Positions 10,698 to 20,549 of a stretch of DNA of 64,000 nt are shown piece after piece. The first letter of the stretch is position 1; each line of letters opens with the position of its first letter. This DNA is from an uncultured virus (IMG/VR IMGVR_UViG_3300029305_007310) (lineage: Duplodnaviria > Heunggongvirae > Uroviricota > Caudoviricetes). The notes under the pieces are model-generated. The model was given only the letters and a program-made list of their open reading frames with translations. It ran no database searches and was not told the origin of the DNA. A program made the translations under genes and the position numbers. The stretch lies in the IMG/VR virus record IMGVR_UViG_3300029305_007310, positions 1-64,000 of that record, one strand, 5' to 3'.

Positions 10698-11566
10698 AAA
10701 CTTCTTTGTCGAAGTAAAACGTGGTGAACGCATAAAGGTGCGGTGTCATCTCAGCAATGCAGTCGCAGGAAATGGCGATGAGTGAGGTGGCTAACAGGGG
10801 AGCCTAAACCGTAAGGCATGGTAATCCTGTGCTTTTGAATATGTGTATTTGTGGCCTATTAATAAATAAGGAGGTGTTTTATGGAGGAGTTCCGTGATGT
10901 GTACATAGAAAAATATGGATTAATTAAAATCAATCGAACTGGTACTTGTGTTATTGGGAAAAAGGGCGTGCCTTTATCAATGCATTGGCGCAATGATGAC
11001 GGCTACGTGCTCGTCAGGTTGTCGTATTTTGATGAAAAGACGGGGAAGAAAAAACGACTAAATAGGTTGGTGCATCGCTTGGTTGCATTAGCTTTTGTTG
11101 AAAATCCTAATGGTCTTCTCGAGGTTAATCATAAGGATGGAGATAAAGAAAATAATGACGCCAGCAATTTGGAGTGGTGTTCTCGTCAGCAAAATATTCA
11201 GCATGCCTGGAGGACTGGTCTTTCAACATATAGTAATATGGGTGTGAATAACGGAAGACATGTTTTAAACGAAAATTCTGTTATAGAAATAAGAGACGCT
11301 TATGCCAGAGGAGAAACAAGATATAGTATTGCCAAACGCTATGGTATAGGCTGGACTACAGTAGACCATGTTATTAAAGGCCACACATGGTCTTATGTAA
11401 ATTGATCAAAAACATATTCAGAAGTCAAGAGACTATCCCGCAAGGGAGTACAGGTAAGGTGTAATTCCTTACTTGGAAGTGCCACGCCCCTGATAAAGGG
11501 TGAAGATATAGTCCAACCCGGCTACTTTGAGTGGCGTTAAAGTACCGTGAAAACGGCGGTAGAGTG
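10698..11566 (+). ncRNA. Group I intron in the RNA polymerase gene
   Basis: P1 CTTCGAT/GTCGAAG with U.G pair; P3 CGTGG/CCACG; P7 GACTAT/ATAGTC; GAAGATATAGTCC; terminal G; splicing restores DFD|GD in frame. Confidence 0.93.
10881..11405 (+). CDS. Intron-encoded HNH homing endonuclease with C-terminal HTH
   Basis: VHRLVALAF...EVNHKDGDKENNDASNLEW; lies in the loop of the P6 stem TTTTGAATATGT/ACATATTCAGAA. Confidence 0.92.
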   Translation: MEEFRDVYIEKYGLIKINRTGTCVIGKKGVPLSMHWRNDDGYVLVRLSYFDEKTGKKKRLNRLVHRLVALAFVENPNGLLEVNHKDGDKENNDASNLEWCSRQQNIQHAWRTGLSTYSNMGVNNGRHVLNENSVIEIRDAYARGETRYSIAKRYGIGWTTVDHVIKGHTWSYVN

Positions 11567-12670
11567 GGAGATATAGTAGCCTCAACTGACTGTGAGGCTA
11601 TTATTAACAACGTATATAAAGATGAACTGACAGTAACCTATGATGCCCCTAAACCTTCTAAGAAGGTTTTTGATAAGCAGGATCTCTTTAATGCAGACCT
11701 TTTCTCCTTTGGCTCGATGATCGGCAGTATCACGAACAAGGGCACTAATGCTTATGCGCTGTTGCCATTACTTGAAGAGGAATATGGAAAGGATAGCAAA
11801 GAAGTCAAGCTTGTGCTTTCACGTCTGCAGCAGTGCTGTGTCGCACAGTCGAGAGCTATTGATAAAGCTAAGATAGGTCAGCCCGTTAAAGGTATTCCAG
11901 ATATTTGGATCAGACGTCGCAGGATCACTGAGGAAGATGATGAAGCAACTCGTGCTCACAAAGAACTTATGAATCGTTGCCTGATTGATAAGCGGCCTTA
12001 TTTCTTCAAATATCGCTATGCCGACAGCAAACGCGAGCATGATGCTTATAAGAAGAGCCGTGATGCTATTTGTAAATCGCTATTTGATCTTTCAATTGAT
12101 GAGTTGATAGCCGCCCCTAGAAAAACTCAGGAGCAAAGAGATTGGCTGCGCAATTATCACGAATTTGCGCCACTCATTGAAAGCAACAGCCCCATGAACC
12201 TACTTTGCAAATATATCGAGCAGATTGATTTCCAGATTGTGAAAAAAATGAGGGCACCTGGGCAATTTGATCCGCATGTTTATATTGATCAGACTGTTGC
12301 TAATTGGGAAGAGCATTATGAAAGCATTGTAAAATGCTATGATCGGCATTTACGAGATGTGGCTAATAATGCGGCTTGTGGTAATTTTGAAGAAGAAAGA
12401 ATTATAGATAAATTGCGAGAGTCTATGTCTTTCATATGCACCAATCCAACTGTGGTGGTAAACTGTCTAGTGCAATATTTGCTTATTGATAAGCCGCGTA
12501 AAGATATAGAAATTTTGTGGCTGGCATATGGAAACCAATTAGTTAGAAATGCAAGAAAGAACGATCAGGGGATAGTTGTTTTCCCTTTGCCTGACCCCAA
12601 TGGCGAAATTGAATATTTGGGCGACAGGTTTCAAAATGTGGAGGTGACCGAGTATAAACTTGGCATTTAA
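11567..12670 (+). CDS. yonO: YonO-like RNA polymerase, exon 2
   Basis: Begins GDIVASTD; contains IGSITN, AIDKAK and KRPYFFKY. Confidence 0.85.
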   Translation, partial: GDIVASTDCEAIINNVYKDELTVTYDAPKPSKKVFDKQDLFNADLFSFGSMIGSITNKGTNAYALLPLLEEEYGKDSKEVKLVLSRLQQCCVAQSRAIDKAKIGQPVKGIPDIWIRRRRITEEDDEATRAHKELMNRCLIDKRPYFFKYRYADSKREHDAYKKSRDAICKSLFDLSIDELIAAPRKTQEQRDWLRNYHEFAPLIESNSPMNLLCKYIEQIDFQIVKKMRAPGQFDPHVYIDQTVANWEEHYESIVKCYDRHLRDVANNAACGNFEEERIIDKLRESMSFICTNPTVVVNCLVQYLLIDKPRKDIEILWLAYGNQLVRNARKNDQGIVVFPLPDPNGEIEYLGDRFQNVEVTEYKLGI

Positions 12671-13538
12671 TTTGGATTCATACAGACAGAAAGAATTTGC
12701 CCAGCATGTTTTTGGCCATGGGCTTCAAGCAGAATCATATGGGAAACAGGGGTATGAGCTTAAGCTGCTTGCGGTATATCTTCGCGATGAATGCGGTATG
12801 TCAGATAAAGAAATCCGCGAATATCTAATAAAGTTTTGTGAAAAAGAGATAGAGGGTTATCACTTTAGAAGACATTATAAATTAATTGAAACAGCATGTA
12901 AGTACGCAAAGGATAAAAAGAATGTGTTAATACAAGTCGATTCATTGCCGGTTTATCAGGAAGAAGTGATGTATATCGATTCGCTTGATATTTCGTATGA
13001 TGAAAAGAAACTTATGTTCTCTATTTTAATGCTCAAGAAATTGGACAGGGAATGCTTTGAGCAACGAAACGGTGGGGAATATAAAATGGCATATTTAGCA
13101 GCGGACGAGCAGAAATTGTGTTTCTTAAAAAAGACGGCTGGTGCGTCATCTAAGATGGACATCCCTAAAGATGTTTTTTATCATTGGCGTGAAAAGGGAT
13201 ACATTCGAGTGTCCTTTGCTGGCTTTATCTTAGATTTTATGGACCAGATGGAGCACAACGGAATCGAGATCATGCAAATAAAGCATTATGATTGTTTTGG
13301 GGCTTATTGGGATCTGTTGTTTAATGGAGATAAGGTTACCACTTGCAAGGTTTGTTCTAAGCCTATTAAGAAAACCAGCGCCAATAAGTGTTACTGTAAA
13401 GAGCACATGAAATTTACTGAACCAACTGTGGCACATAAAACGAAACAGATGGAATGCGGCAATTGTGGCAGGAAATTTTTTGTAAGTGCTCATGCGGTAA
13501 AAGCTAGAATTTGCCCCTCTTGCGCAAGGAAAGAATAA
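12660..13538 (+). CDS. Hypothetical protein with C-terminal Zn ribbons, adjacent to the RNAP
   Basis: 292-aa ORF; CKVC, YCKEH, CGNC and CPSC. Confidence 0.75.
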   Translation: MAFNLDSYRQKEFAQHVFGHGLQAESYGKQGYELKLLAVYLRDECGMSDKEIREYLIKFCEKEIEGYHFRRHYKLIETACKYAKDKKNVLIQVDSLPVYQEEVMYIDSLDISYDEKKLMFSILMLKKLDRECFEQRNGGEYKMAYLAADEQKLCFLKKTAGASSKMDIPKDVFYHWREKGYIRVSFAGFILDFMDQMEHNGIEIMQIKHYDCFGAYWDLLFNGDKVTTCKVCSKPIKKTSANKCYCKEHMKFTEPTVAHKTKQMECGNCGRKFFVSAHAVKARICPSCARKE

Positions 13539-13565
13539 CAATATAGTTTTTCGGAAGCTCAAAGA

Positions 13566-13610
13566 GCCGGAAACCATTGAAACGTAAGGGTTTCCGGCCT
13601 TTTTGTTTTT
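13566..13610 (+). terminator. Inverted repeat with T tract ahead of the late operon
   Basis: GCCGGAAACC-N13-GGTTTCCGGC followed by CTTTTTGTTTTT. Confidence 0.6.
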
Positions 13611-13657
13611 CCTATCTATTTGAAAGGAAGAGAGATACTTCCGCCATATAGAAAGGA

Positions 13658-13885
13658 TTGAAAAAATTGATTAAAGTCAACAAAAATGAGGCCCTGATGA
13701 TCCGTGAAGTTTTCCCCGTTGGCGTTACCCTTCACCGTACTTGCAAGCAGAAGTCAGACCGGCACAATTATTATATGTCGAGTCAGGTGCCTGCAATTGC
13801 TGCAGTAGAAGAATATCGTAATGGCGCAACGGTGGAAGAACTCAAGGCAAAGTACAAGAATGCAAAAATCGGCCTGTATTTTTAA
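13658..13885 (+). CDS. Hypothetical protein
   Basis: GAAAGGA RBS; 75 aa. Confidence 0.65.
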   Translation: MKKLIKVNKNEALMIREVFPVGVTLHRTCKQKSDRHNYYMSSQVPAIAAVEEYRNGATVEELKAKYKNAKIGLYF

Positions 13886-13903
13886 TTGAAGGAGTGAAAT
13901 AAT

Positions 13904-14131
13904 ATGGCAAAGCTTCAGAAAACGATGAGTTTTAATAATGCGACAATTGATTTTGATGCGGGTGAGCTGATTGAATATTCCAAGGATGGCGATCCTATTG
14001 CTCGCTTTAAGCTGGGGGAAATTTTTCAGACTTGGGACGGCGTTAGTGGAATTTCTCTGACGATTAAGCGCGTTAATGAAGTCTATCATTCTGATGAAGA
14101 TGGCGAGGGTATCGCTGATGGTAATTACTGA
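13904..14131 (+). CDS. YonK-like protein
   Basis: Size, sequence pattern and position just before a YonJ-like phosphoesterase, as in SPbeta. Confidence 0.6.
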   Translation: MAKLQKTMSFNNATIDFDAGELIEYSKDGDPIARFKLGEIFQTWDGVSGISLTIKRVNEVYHSDEDGEGIADGNY

Positions 14132-15338
14132 TTTTAAATTAGATACAAATGATAATGAACTTCAAACGCTTTGGAAACTGGGAAAACTAAAAGACAAAGA
14201 ATTGCTAGAAGCTTCTTGGCAGGAAATTGGTGATTTTATGAATCGTCATTTCCGCTTGGACGAGACGGAATATAGGACAGAATCAGCATATCGTAAGATT
14301 TATAAAAATGGCAAGATGTTTTTTGAACAGGTATTTCAGATGAATGCTGATGACGTTGAAGGTTTAACTGAAATTCAAGAAGAGCGAGTTGCTCTTCAGA
14401 AAGAGCGCCAGCGTTTGCGTGACGAGCGTACTCAATATGGTAAGTATGTGCGTGATGAGTCTCGTTTTGAACAGCGGTTAGATGCGATGGAAACTCTAAT
14501 TATGGAACAGGGGAAAGTAAAATACAATTTCCCCGTGGTTGAGCTTCCTGTGACATTTGAGGCTAAAAAAGAGATGCTGGTTTTACTCAGTGACTGGCAC
14601 ATTGGTTTGGAATTTAAAAATGAATTTGGTTGCTTTAATATTGATGAGGCTAAGATGCGGCTTGATGAGCTGCTAATGGCAATTCGCGAAAAGAAAAAGC
14701 TTCATGAGTGCGAAATATGCAATGTCGCAGTTATGGGTGATATGATTAGTGGAATTATTAAGCCTGGGATTTTGGTGGCGAACCGCGAGAGTGCCATGCA
14801 TCAAGTAATGCTTGCTGCTGAAATGCTTAGCAAGTTTTTGGGTGAACTTTGTTCATACTTTGGTGAAGTGAGCTTCGTAAGCGTTGCTGGTAACCATAGC
14901 CGCATGGAAGCTAGTAAGGATAAAGCTATCAAAGATGACCGCCTTGATGATGTGATCGCATGGTATGTAAAGGCGTCTCTCAAGCATCTCCCTAATTTCA
15001 AACCGAGAGATGAAGTGGATAATACCGTTACAGAGCTTGGCATTTGCGGCAAGCTTTATTTTTTTGCTCATGGTGATCATGATGAAATTACACAGGCTGG
15101 TATCTCGAAGCTGGCGTTCCTGCTTGGTGAGATACCCTATGCGGTTTGTGTGGGACATAAACACTATCCTATGATGACTGAAGTCAATGGGGTAAAGGTA
15201 GTGCAGAATGGTTGTCTTCCTGGATCTGGTGATGACCATACGATTGAAATGCGCCTGAGTGGAAAAGCCTCTCAAACGATTTTGATTTGTGATGAAGATG
15301 GTATTGACGCCTATTATCCTGTAAGACTAGAGGTGTGA
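14118..15338 (+). CDS. YonJ-like metallophosphoesterase with N-terminal coiled coil
   Basis: SDWHIG, MGD, GNH, HGD and GHKH motifs. Confidence 0.8.
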   Translation: MVITDFKLDTNDNELQTLWKLGKLKDKELLEASWQEIGDFMNRHFRLDETEYRTESAYRKIYKNGKMFFEQVFQMNADDVEGLTEIQEERVALQKERQRLRDERTQYGKYVRDESRFEQRLDAMETLIMEQGKVKYNFPVVELPVTFEAKKEMLVLLSDWHIGLEFKNEFGCFNIDEAKMRLDELLMAIREKKKLHECEICNVAVMGDMISGIIKPGILVANRESAMHQVMLAAEMLSKFLGELCSYFGEVSFVSVAGNHSRMEASKDKAIKDDRLDDVIAWYVKASLKHLPNFKPRDEVDNTVTELGICGKLYFFAHGDHDEITQAGISKLAFLLGEIPYAVCVGHKHYPMMTEVNGVKVVQNGCLPGSGDDHTIEMRLSGKASQTILICDEDGIDAYYPVRLEV

Positions 15339-15842
15339 AAATGCATTGGTTGATCGCTTGCAAAGACGGAGAAGTTGCGTCAATTGAGGCGGAAGATCTT
15401 ATGAACGCAATTAAGCTGTCAGGCTTTGAGACATCTTGTATTATTGCCGCCTTGGCATCTAATTTTGAATGAATCGCAATAGCGTTTTATTGGTTGGCAC
15501 ATGAGGTCAATCTGAGTGATGAAACAATATCCTGTTCCAGTATGTAGAGTATTGTGGAGCTCTCCGGGGGTTGTATGGGAACCACTAACTGGATAGGCTT
15601 TAAGCTGAAAGAAAACATATGGGCTGGTCGAAAGACCCTGGTCCACCGAGCGGCGGGGAATTTCCTTGCCATTTTTGTGCAACCGCGTGCAAACGCGTAA
15701 CTCCTGGTTAATGAGTAGCGTTTAGGCGTTGCTCTGATTTGAGGATTACCAAAGAGCCTTGTGCTCTTTGTTTTGCTTATATGGGTAGGCAAAGCTAAGA
15801 GCACAATGGATGAGAAAATTTAAATGTTAGGGGGACGAGCCT

Positions 15843-17042
15843 ATCCCTTATTTTTATGACACATGCACGTTGCTAAGACTACAGGAAAAAGTATTTGAGG
15901 AACCCTTTTATGTGAGCGGACAAACTTTCAAAGAGCTTGAGGAGATCAAGACAAGCAGTAGGAAAGATGCAGAAACTAAAGCAAAATCGAGAAGTCTTTT
16001 TAGATTGCTTGTTGAGAAAGAGAATTATACGATCATTCCTATTGACATGAAGATCTATGACGAGCTTATTGTGCTGAACCTGAGTGCCAGTCCTGACGAA
16101 ATCATTATTGCTAGTGCTTCATTGGTAAATAGGAACATTGAGAATATTGTTTTTGCAACAGATGATTTGGCATGTGGAATGATAGCAAAATCTTGCAAGC
16201 TGAAGGTGGAAATCAACCCAAAAGCCAAATATGAGGAAGAGTATAAAGGTTATAAGGAGTTCCGGGGAACTAGTGAAGAAATCAATAAATATATGGACAA
16301 TCTGGATTATAAATCTTGGTATATAAACGAATATTTGATTCTTCACAATTTGGACGACGGGAAAACAACCGAGATGCGGTATGACGGCCACCAGTTTGTG
16401 GCTTTAAAGTTGCCGCCATCTTCGTATATAAAAGCAAAAAACAGCTTACAGCGATGTGCGCTTGATTTGTTGATGAATAAAGACATTACTGCTATTGGTA
16501 TTTTGGGTGGCTACGGCAGCGGTAAGACGATGCTGTCCATGCTTATGGGTTTGTATCATGTAACTGAAAAGGGAAATCAAGATAAAGTTGTTGGCATCCG
16601 AGAGGCAAAAGGCGAAGGAGCAGAAATTGGTTTTCTTCCGGGGCGCTTTGAGGCAAAAACGGGGAATTTTTTTAAACCGTTGGAGCAGCAACTTAAAGGT
16701 GGTACTTTTGAGTTTGAATCTTTGATGCAGCGTGGCGTTTTAGAAACCCAGATTCCTTATTATCTTAAGGGCACGACATACAATGATAGTTTTATTGTTG
16801 TTGATGAAGCAGAAGATCTGTCTGAAAGCCAGTTAAAATTGATTGGCACGCGCGTGGGTCAGAATAGTCGGATTGTTTTTGCAGGCGATTATAAGCAATC
16901 TTTGATTTGTAAGAATTTGAACAATCCTTTAGTAAAAATGTGTTATGAGCTTCGTGGCAATCCAGCGTTTGGCTGTATCGTCCTTGATGAGGATGTGCGC
17001 AGTGAAACAAGCAAAATGTTTGCAGAGCTTTTTCAGAATTGA
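15843..17042 (+). CDS. phoH: PIN-PhoH family protein
   Basis: N-terminal FYDTCTLL and ATDD (PIN); GGYGSGKT, IGFLPG, KGTTY, DEAED, GD and RS motifs; probable ATC start. Confidence 0.88.
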   Translation: MPYFYDTCTLLRLQEKVFEEPFYVSGQTFKELEEIKTSSRKDAETKAKSRSLFRLLVEKENYTIIPIDMKIYDELIVLNLSASPDEIIIASASLVNRNIENIVFATDDLACGMIAKSCKLKVEINPKAKYEEEYKGYKEFRGTSEEINKYMDNLDYKSWYINEYLILHNLDDGKTTEMRYDGHQFVALKLPPSSYIKAKNSLQRCALDLLMNKDITAIGILGGYGSGKTMLSMLMGLYHVTEKGNQDKVVGIREAKGEGAEIGFLPGRFEAKTGNFFKPLEQQLKGGTFEFESLMQRGVLETQIPYYLKGTTYNDSFIVVDEAEDLSESQLKLIGTRVGQNSRIVFAGDYKQSLICKNLNNPLVKMCYELRGNPAFGCIVLDEDVRSETSKMFAELFQN

Positions 17043-17064
17043 ATGATTTGATGGTGGTGATAGA

Positions 17065-18396
17065 TTGGCAGCAGCTAAAACAACAGCAACAAAAGCTGCG
17101 GCGCCTAAAAAGAAAATAGGCCGTCCATCAAAAGCCGATCTTGCATTACAGGCTAAACGAGAGAAAAAAGCAGAGCGTGAACGCGCATCGGCTTTTCTTG
17201 AAGAAATGCCTCCTGTTTATAAATGCACTCGTTGCGGGAAAATGGCCTTTGAGGGAAAAGGCAACTTTTTTGCAGTTATTAATAATAGGGCTTTTGAGGG
17301 AAATGATAATAGGGCGTCTATTTGTTGCGAGTGCACAGAAAAATTTTTTAACGAATACATAGAGCGTTATAAGGATGAGAAGCTCGCCTTGATGCTGGTA
17401 TGCATGCATCTGGGCGTTTTCTTTTCTGAGTCTTTATATGACAATATGCACGAAAAAGAAACGCTTGAGCCTGAAAAGGAGAAATTTACGATTGGTAAAT
17501 ATCTTCGCCAGCTGTCTGGGCCTCAGTATAAAAAACAAACTTTCTTGTCCTATATGCTGTCTATACTTCAAAAGAAGCAAGCATTTAGCACGCAAGAGGA
17601 ATCGAGAGACAGGCTTGAGGAAAACTGGAAAGCTGAAGATAGGCGCAATAAGCGCATGTGCATAGATGAGATTGGATATGACTGTTTTGATGATACGGTT
17701 TATTCTTCTGCTGATAGAAAGCAGATGTATAACTCATTAGCACAGTATTTGGGCATGGACGGTGTTTCTGAGGATAAGCATAAACGAGACGCCGCGGTTA
17801 GCATCGTGAAAACATCCATGCAGATGGAGTTCGTAGATCGAGAGCTAAACCGTGAAAGCAGGAACCCAGATCCTGATTTTTCAAGAATTGATAAACTGAT
17901 TACTGCTAAAAAGCAGTTAAGTGAAGTTATCAATAAAATTGCAAAAGATAATGCCATTTCTGCAAGCGGTAGCGGGAAACGAGGAAAGTCTACTGTTGCT
18001 GTTACGGCGATCATGAAGGAAATGATTGATAATGGCGTTATTGAGATTAAGCCTAATTTGACAGAAGTAAAAATGTGCGAGGCTTTCACTTCGATTGCTG
18101 AAATTAGTTCCAAAGCTCTTGTAAATGAGATGAACATTACAGGAGATGAATATGCCGTTATGGTCGGTCAGCAGTCAGATGTGATACGTGAGCAAGCCGA
18201 AAAGATCATGCAGCTTGAAGAAGAGAAGAGACTGCTTACTATACGAGTTCATGACTTTGAGGCAAAGCGAAAGAGAAAAACCGTGAATCCAGTTACTCTT
18301 GATATTGGGGCTGCCGCGAGGGAGGCCTTAGAGGAAGAAGAGGTTGAACTGGAGTTTGAAGGGTTGGCGAGCTTGGATGGTGATATTGAATGCTAA
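17065..18396 (+). CDS. Gene preceding the terminase (YonG-like, possible small terminase or packaging factor)
   Basis: CTRC/CCEC Zn motif and coiled coil; overlaps the terminase start. Confidence 0.55.
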   Translation: MAAAKTTATKAAAPKKKIGRPSKADLALQAKREKKAERERASAFLEEMPPVYKCTRCGKMAFEGKGNFFAVINNRAFEGNDNRASICCECTEKFFNEYIERYKDEKLALMLVCMHLGVFFSESLYDNMHEKETLEPEKEKFTIGKYLRQLSGPQYKKQTFLSYMLSILQKKQAFSTQEESRDRLEENWKAEDRRNKRMCIDEIGYDCFDDTVYSSADRKQMYNSLAQYLGMDGVSEDKHKRDAAVSIVKTSMQMEFVDRELNRESRNPDPDFSRIDKLITAKKQLSEVINKIAKDNAISASGSGKRGKSTVAVTAIMKEMIDNGVIEIKPNLTEVKMCEAFTSIAEISSKALVNEMNITGDEYAVMVGQQSDVIREQAEKIMQLEEEKRLLTIRVHDFEAKRKRKTVNPVTLDIGAAAREALEEEEVELEFEGLASLDGDIEC

Positions 18397-20261
18397 CAAC
18401 TATCACAGTGCCAACCACACGAGAAATATCACAAAGAAAGCTTGAGACATATGCGCGTTACTGTCAAGTAATACAATGGGGGAGAAAATACCCCATACAA
18501 TTTGCCGAGCGTTTTATGGGGCTGGAATTGTTAGATTTTCAGAAGTATATCATGCTCGGATCTTGGACAAAGGAATTTTTAGGCTGGCTTGTTTGTCGTA
18601 ATGGAGGTAAAACAACTGAGGCTGGTATTTATACGATGCTGAGAAGCTTACTTTTGCCCTTTCATGCTACATATTTTTTAGGCAACACTGGTGAGCAGGC
18701 AAAAGAAGTTTTTAATAAGATTGAAAAGATAGCTAAAAATGAAATTGAGTCCTTTGCTGGTTCAACCGAGTTCTTCATGGGAGAGCTTAAGCGTACTTCA
18801 CAAGGGCTCAACGATGGTTTTAGCCACAATCCAGCGTCGTATAAATGTGAGCTGTTTAATGGGTCAAGCATCAACACATTGAATAGCGATATTATTAATA
18901 TTAAAGGTAAACGTGCTCATTTAGTCGTGTTCGATGAATCTGGTTGGTTTTCAGATGAGCTATTTGTTCAGGCTGAACAGTTTACTAACCAGGATCAAAA
19001 CTTCAAAATGGGCGGCGGTATTGACTTAACGGAAGAGCCCTTAAATTTTCCAAGACAGTTGTTGTATTGCAGTTCTGCTTCAGATACAGAAAGTAGCTTT
19101 TATAAAAAGTTGCGCAATTATACGATTGAGATGCTTAAGGGGGACAATCGATACTTCGTTTGTAATCTGGATGTTGATATCGTAAGAAACTGCACAAAGA
19201 ACGGAGATCCTTACCCTTCTTTGATTGCTCAATCTAAGATTGACAATGCTATGCGTGATGACCCAGAAAGAGCAATGCGTGAGCTATATAACCGTTTTTC
19301 GTCTGAAAGCCACGAGGGCCAAATCCTTACTCGCAGACATTTAATGCAATATACAAAGCCTTATTTGCCTGAATATAAGAATAAGGGAGATAAGCTCTAT
19401 TTGCTTTCCTGGGACTCTGCGCGACTAAACGACGGAAGTATTGTTGAAGCTGCAGAGTTAATTAATGATCCAAAAATCGGGTGGCGCATGGAACTGAAAA
19501 ATATCAATGCGTTTGTTGATCCAAGCACAAAGAATAAGACACCTATGCGCATGCAGGATCAGGTGAAAGGCTTCCAAAAGCTATTGCTGGATTACAATGG
19601 ATCGGAGTTTGGCAAGCTCGACTATGAAAACATTGCCGGGGTAATGATCGACGCTGGTGCTGGTGGTCAACCATACAGTATTTGCGATAACCTTGTCCCT
19701 GACTTTGTCGGATTTGATGGGCAAAACCATCGAGGGATCATTGATTCTAAGCATAAACTTAATGAAGCAGCTGTAAGAGACTTCCCTGATTCAGTGGATA
19801 TTGTAACGATGCTGGATCCTCGTGCTCACAGAAATGATCTATATAGAGCAATAGAGGATATGGTGAAATTAGGCGTTGTTTCTTTCCCAATGGCCTACGA
19901 GGGGAAAGACCAATATACCGAGATACAGAAAATAAAAAAGAAGGACTCAGATGGGAAGTACTACGAGGAAGAGATTGAAGTCATTCATGCTTTTACGGAT
20001 GATGAAAAGATTTCGTTGATGCAAATTGAGCTGCTAAAGACTGAGCTGATCACTATGTGTAAGTACACAAATGGACAGACGGTTACTTATAACTTCCCAC
20101 CTGATAAACGAAATAAGATGCACGATGACCGAATCTACGCATTCGGTCTTTTATGTTGGAAATTAGCTCAGTTGAGGAGAGGGCAAACTTTGACGGCTGA
20201 AAAGAAAGAAGTCGATATTGATTCTATGCCTCTTTTGGTTAGTGAGCTTGAGTTCAACTAA
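18390..20261 (+). CDS. Terminase large subunit
   Basis: Walker A CRNGGKT, Walker B VVFDE, SSA coupling motif, nuclease SWDSAR...HDDR. Confidence 0.9.
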   Translation: MLTTITVPTTREISQRKLETYARYCQVIQWGRKYPIQFAERFMGLELLDFQKYIMLGSWTKEFLGWLVCRNGGKTTEAGIYTMLRSLLLPFHATYFLGNTGEQAKEVFNKIEKIAKNEIESFAGSTEFFMGELKRTSQGLNDGFSHNPASYKCELFNGSSINTLNSDIINIKGKRAHLVVFDESGWFSDELFVQAEQFTNQDQNFKMGGGIDLTEEPLNFPRQLLYCSSASDTESSFYKKLRNYTIEMLKGDNRYFVCNLDVDIVRNCTKNGDPYPSLIAQSKIDNAMRDDPERAMRELYNRFSSESHEGQILTRRHLMQYTKPYLPEYKNKGDKLYLLSWDSARLNDGSIVEAAELINDPKIGWRMELKNINAFVDPSTKNKTPMRMQDQVKGFQKLLLDYNGSEFGKLDYENIAGVMIDAGAGGQPYSICDNLVPDFVGFDGQNHRGIIDSKHKLNEAAVRDFPDSVDIVTMLDPRAHRNDLYRAIEDMVKLGVVSFPMAYEGKDQYTEIQKIKKKDSDGKYYEEEIEVIHAFTDDEKISLMQIELLKTELITMCKYTNGQTVTYNFPPDKRNKMHDDRIYAFGLLCWKLAQLRRGQTLTAEKKEVDIDSMPLLVSELEFN

Positions 20262-20280
20262 TGAGAGTGAGATGAGAACA

Positions 20281-20520
20281 ATGTATGAAAATGCGGTTAT
20301 TCCAACCGTAGTAGAAAAAGAGAATAAACGTCCACGGTTGTATTACTGCAAGTCTAAGCGCTACGCAAATTTTATGATTTCACATGGCTCGCAGATTGTG
20401 CAGATTCAAAATGATAAATTTAGGCCAGGATTCTTGGTCTTTGTCTTTCTGTGGGATGATGTGTGTGACGCCAACGCTCAAATCTGGGAAAACGGAGAAA
20501 GAAATACCTATATTGGATAA
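20281..20520 (+). CDS. Small hypothetical protein
   Basis: ORF between terminase and portal. Confidence 0.55.
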   Translation: MYENAVIPTVVEKENKRPRLYYCKSKRYANFMISHGSQIVQIQNDKFRPGFLVFVFLWDDVCDANAQIWENGERNTYIG

Positions 20521-20549
20521 TTCAATTTTGAGGAGGGAGGTGGTTAGGC

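Noticed and set aside
15500..15530. Hammerhead-like CTGAGTGA-T-GAAAC
   Set aside because: No room for stem II and the core does not match CUGANGA.
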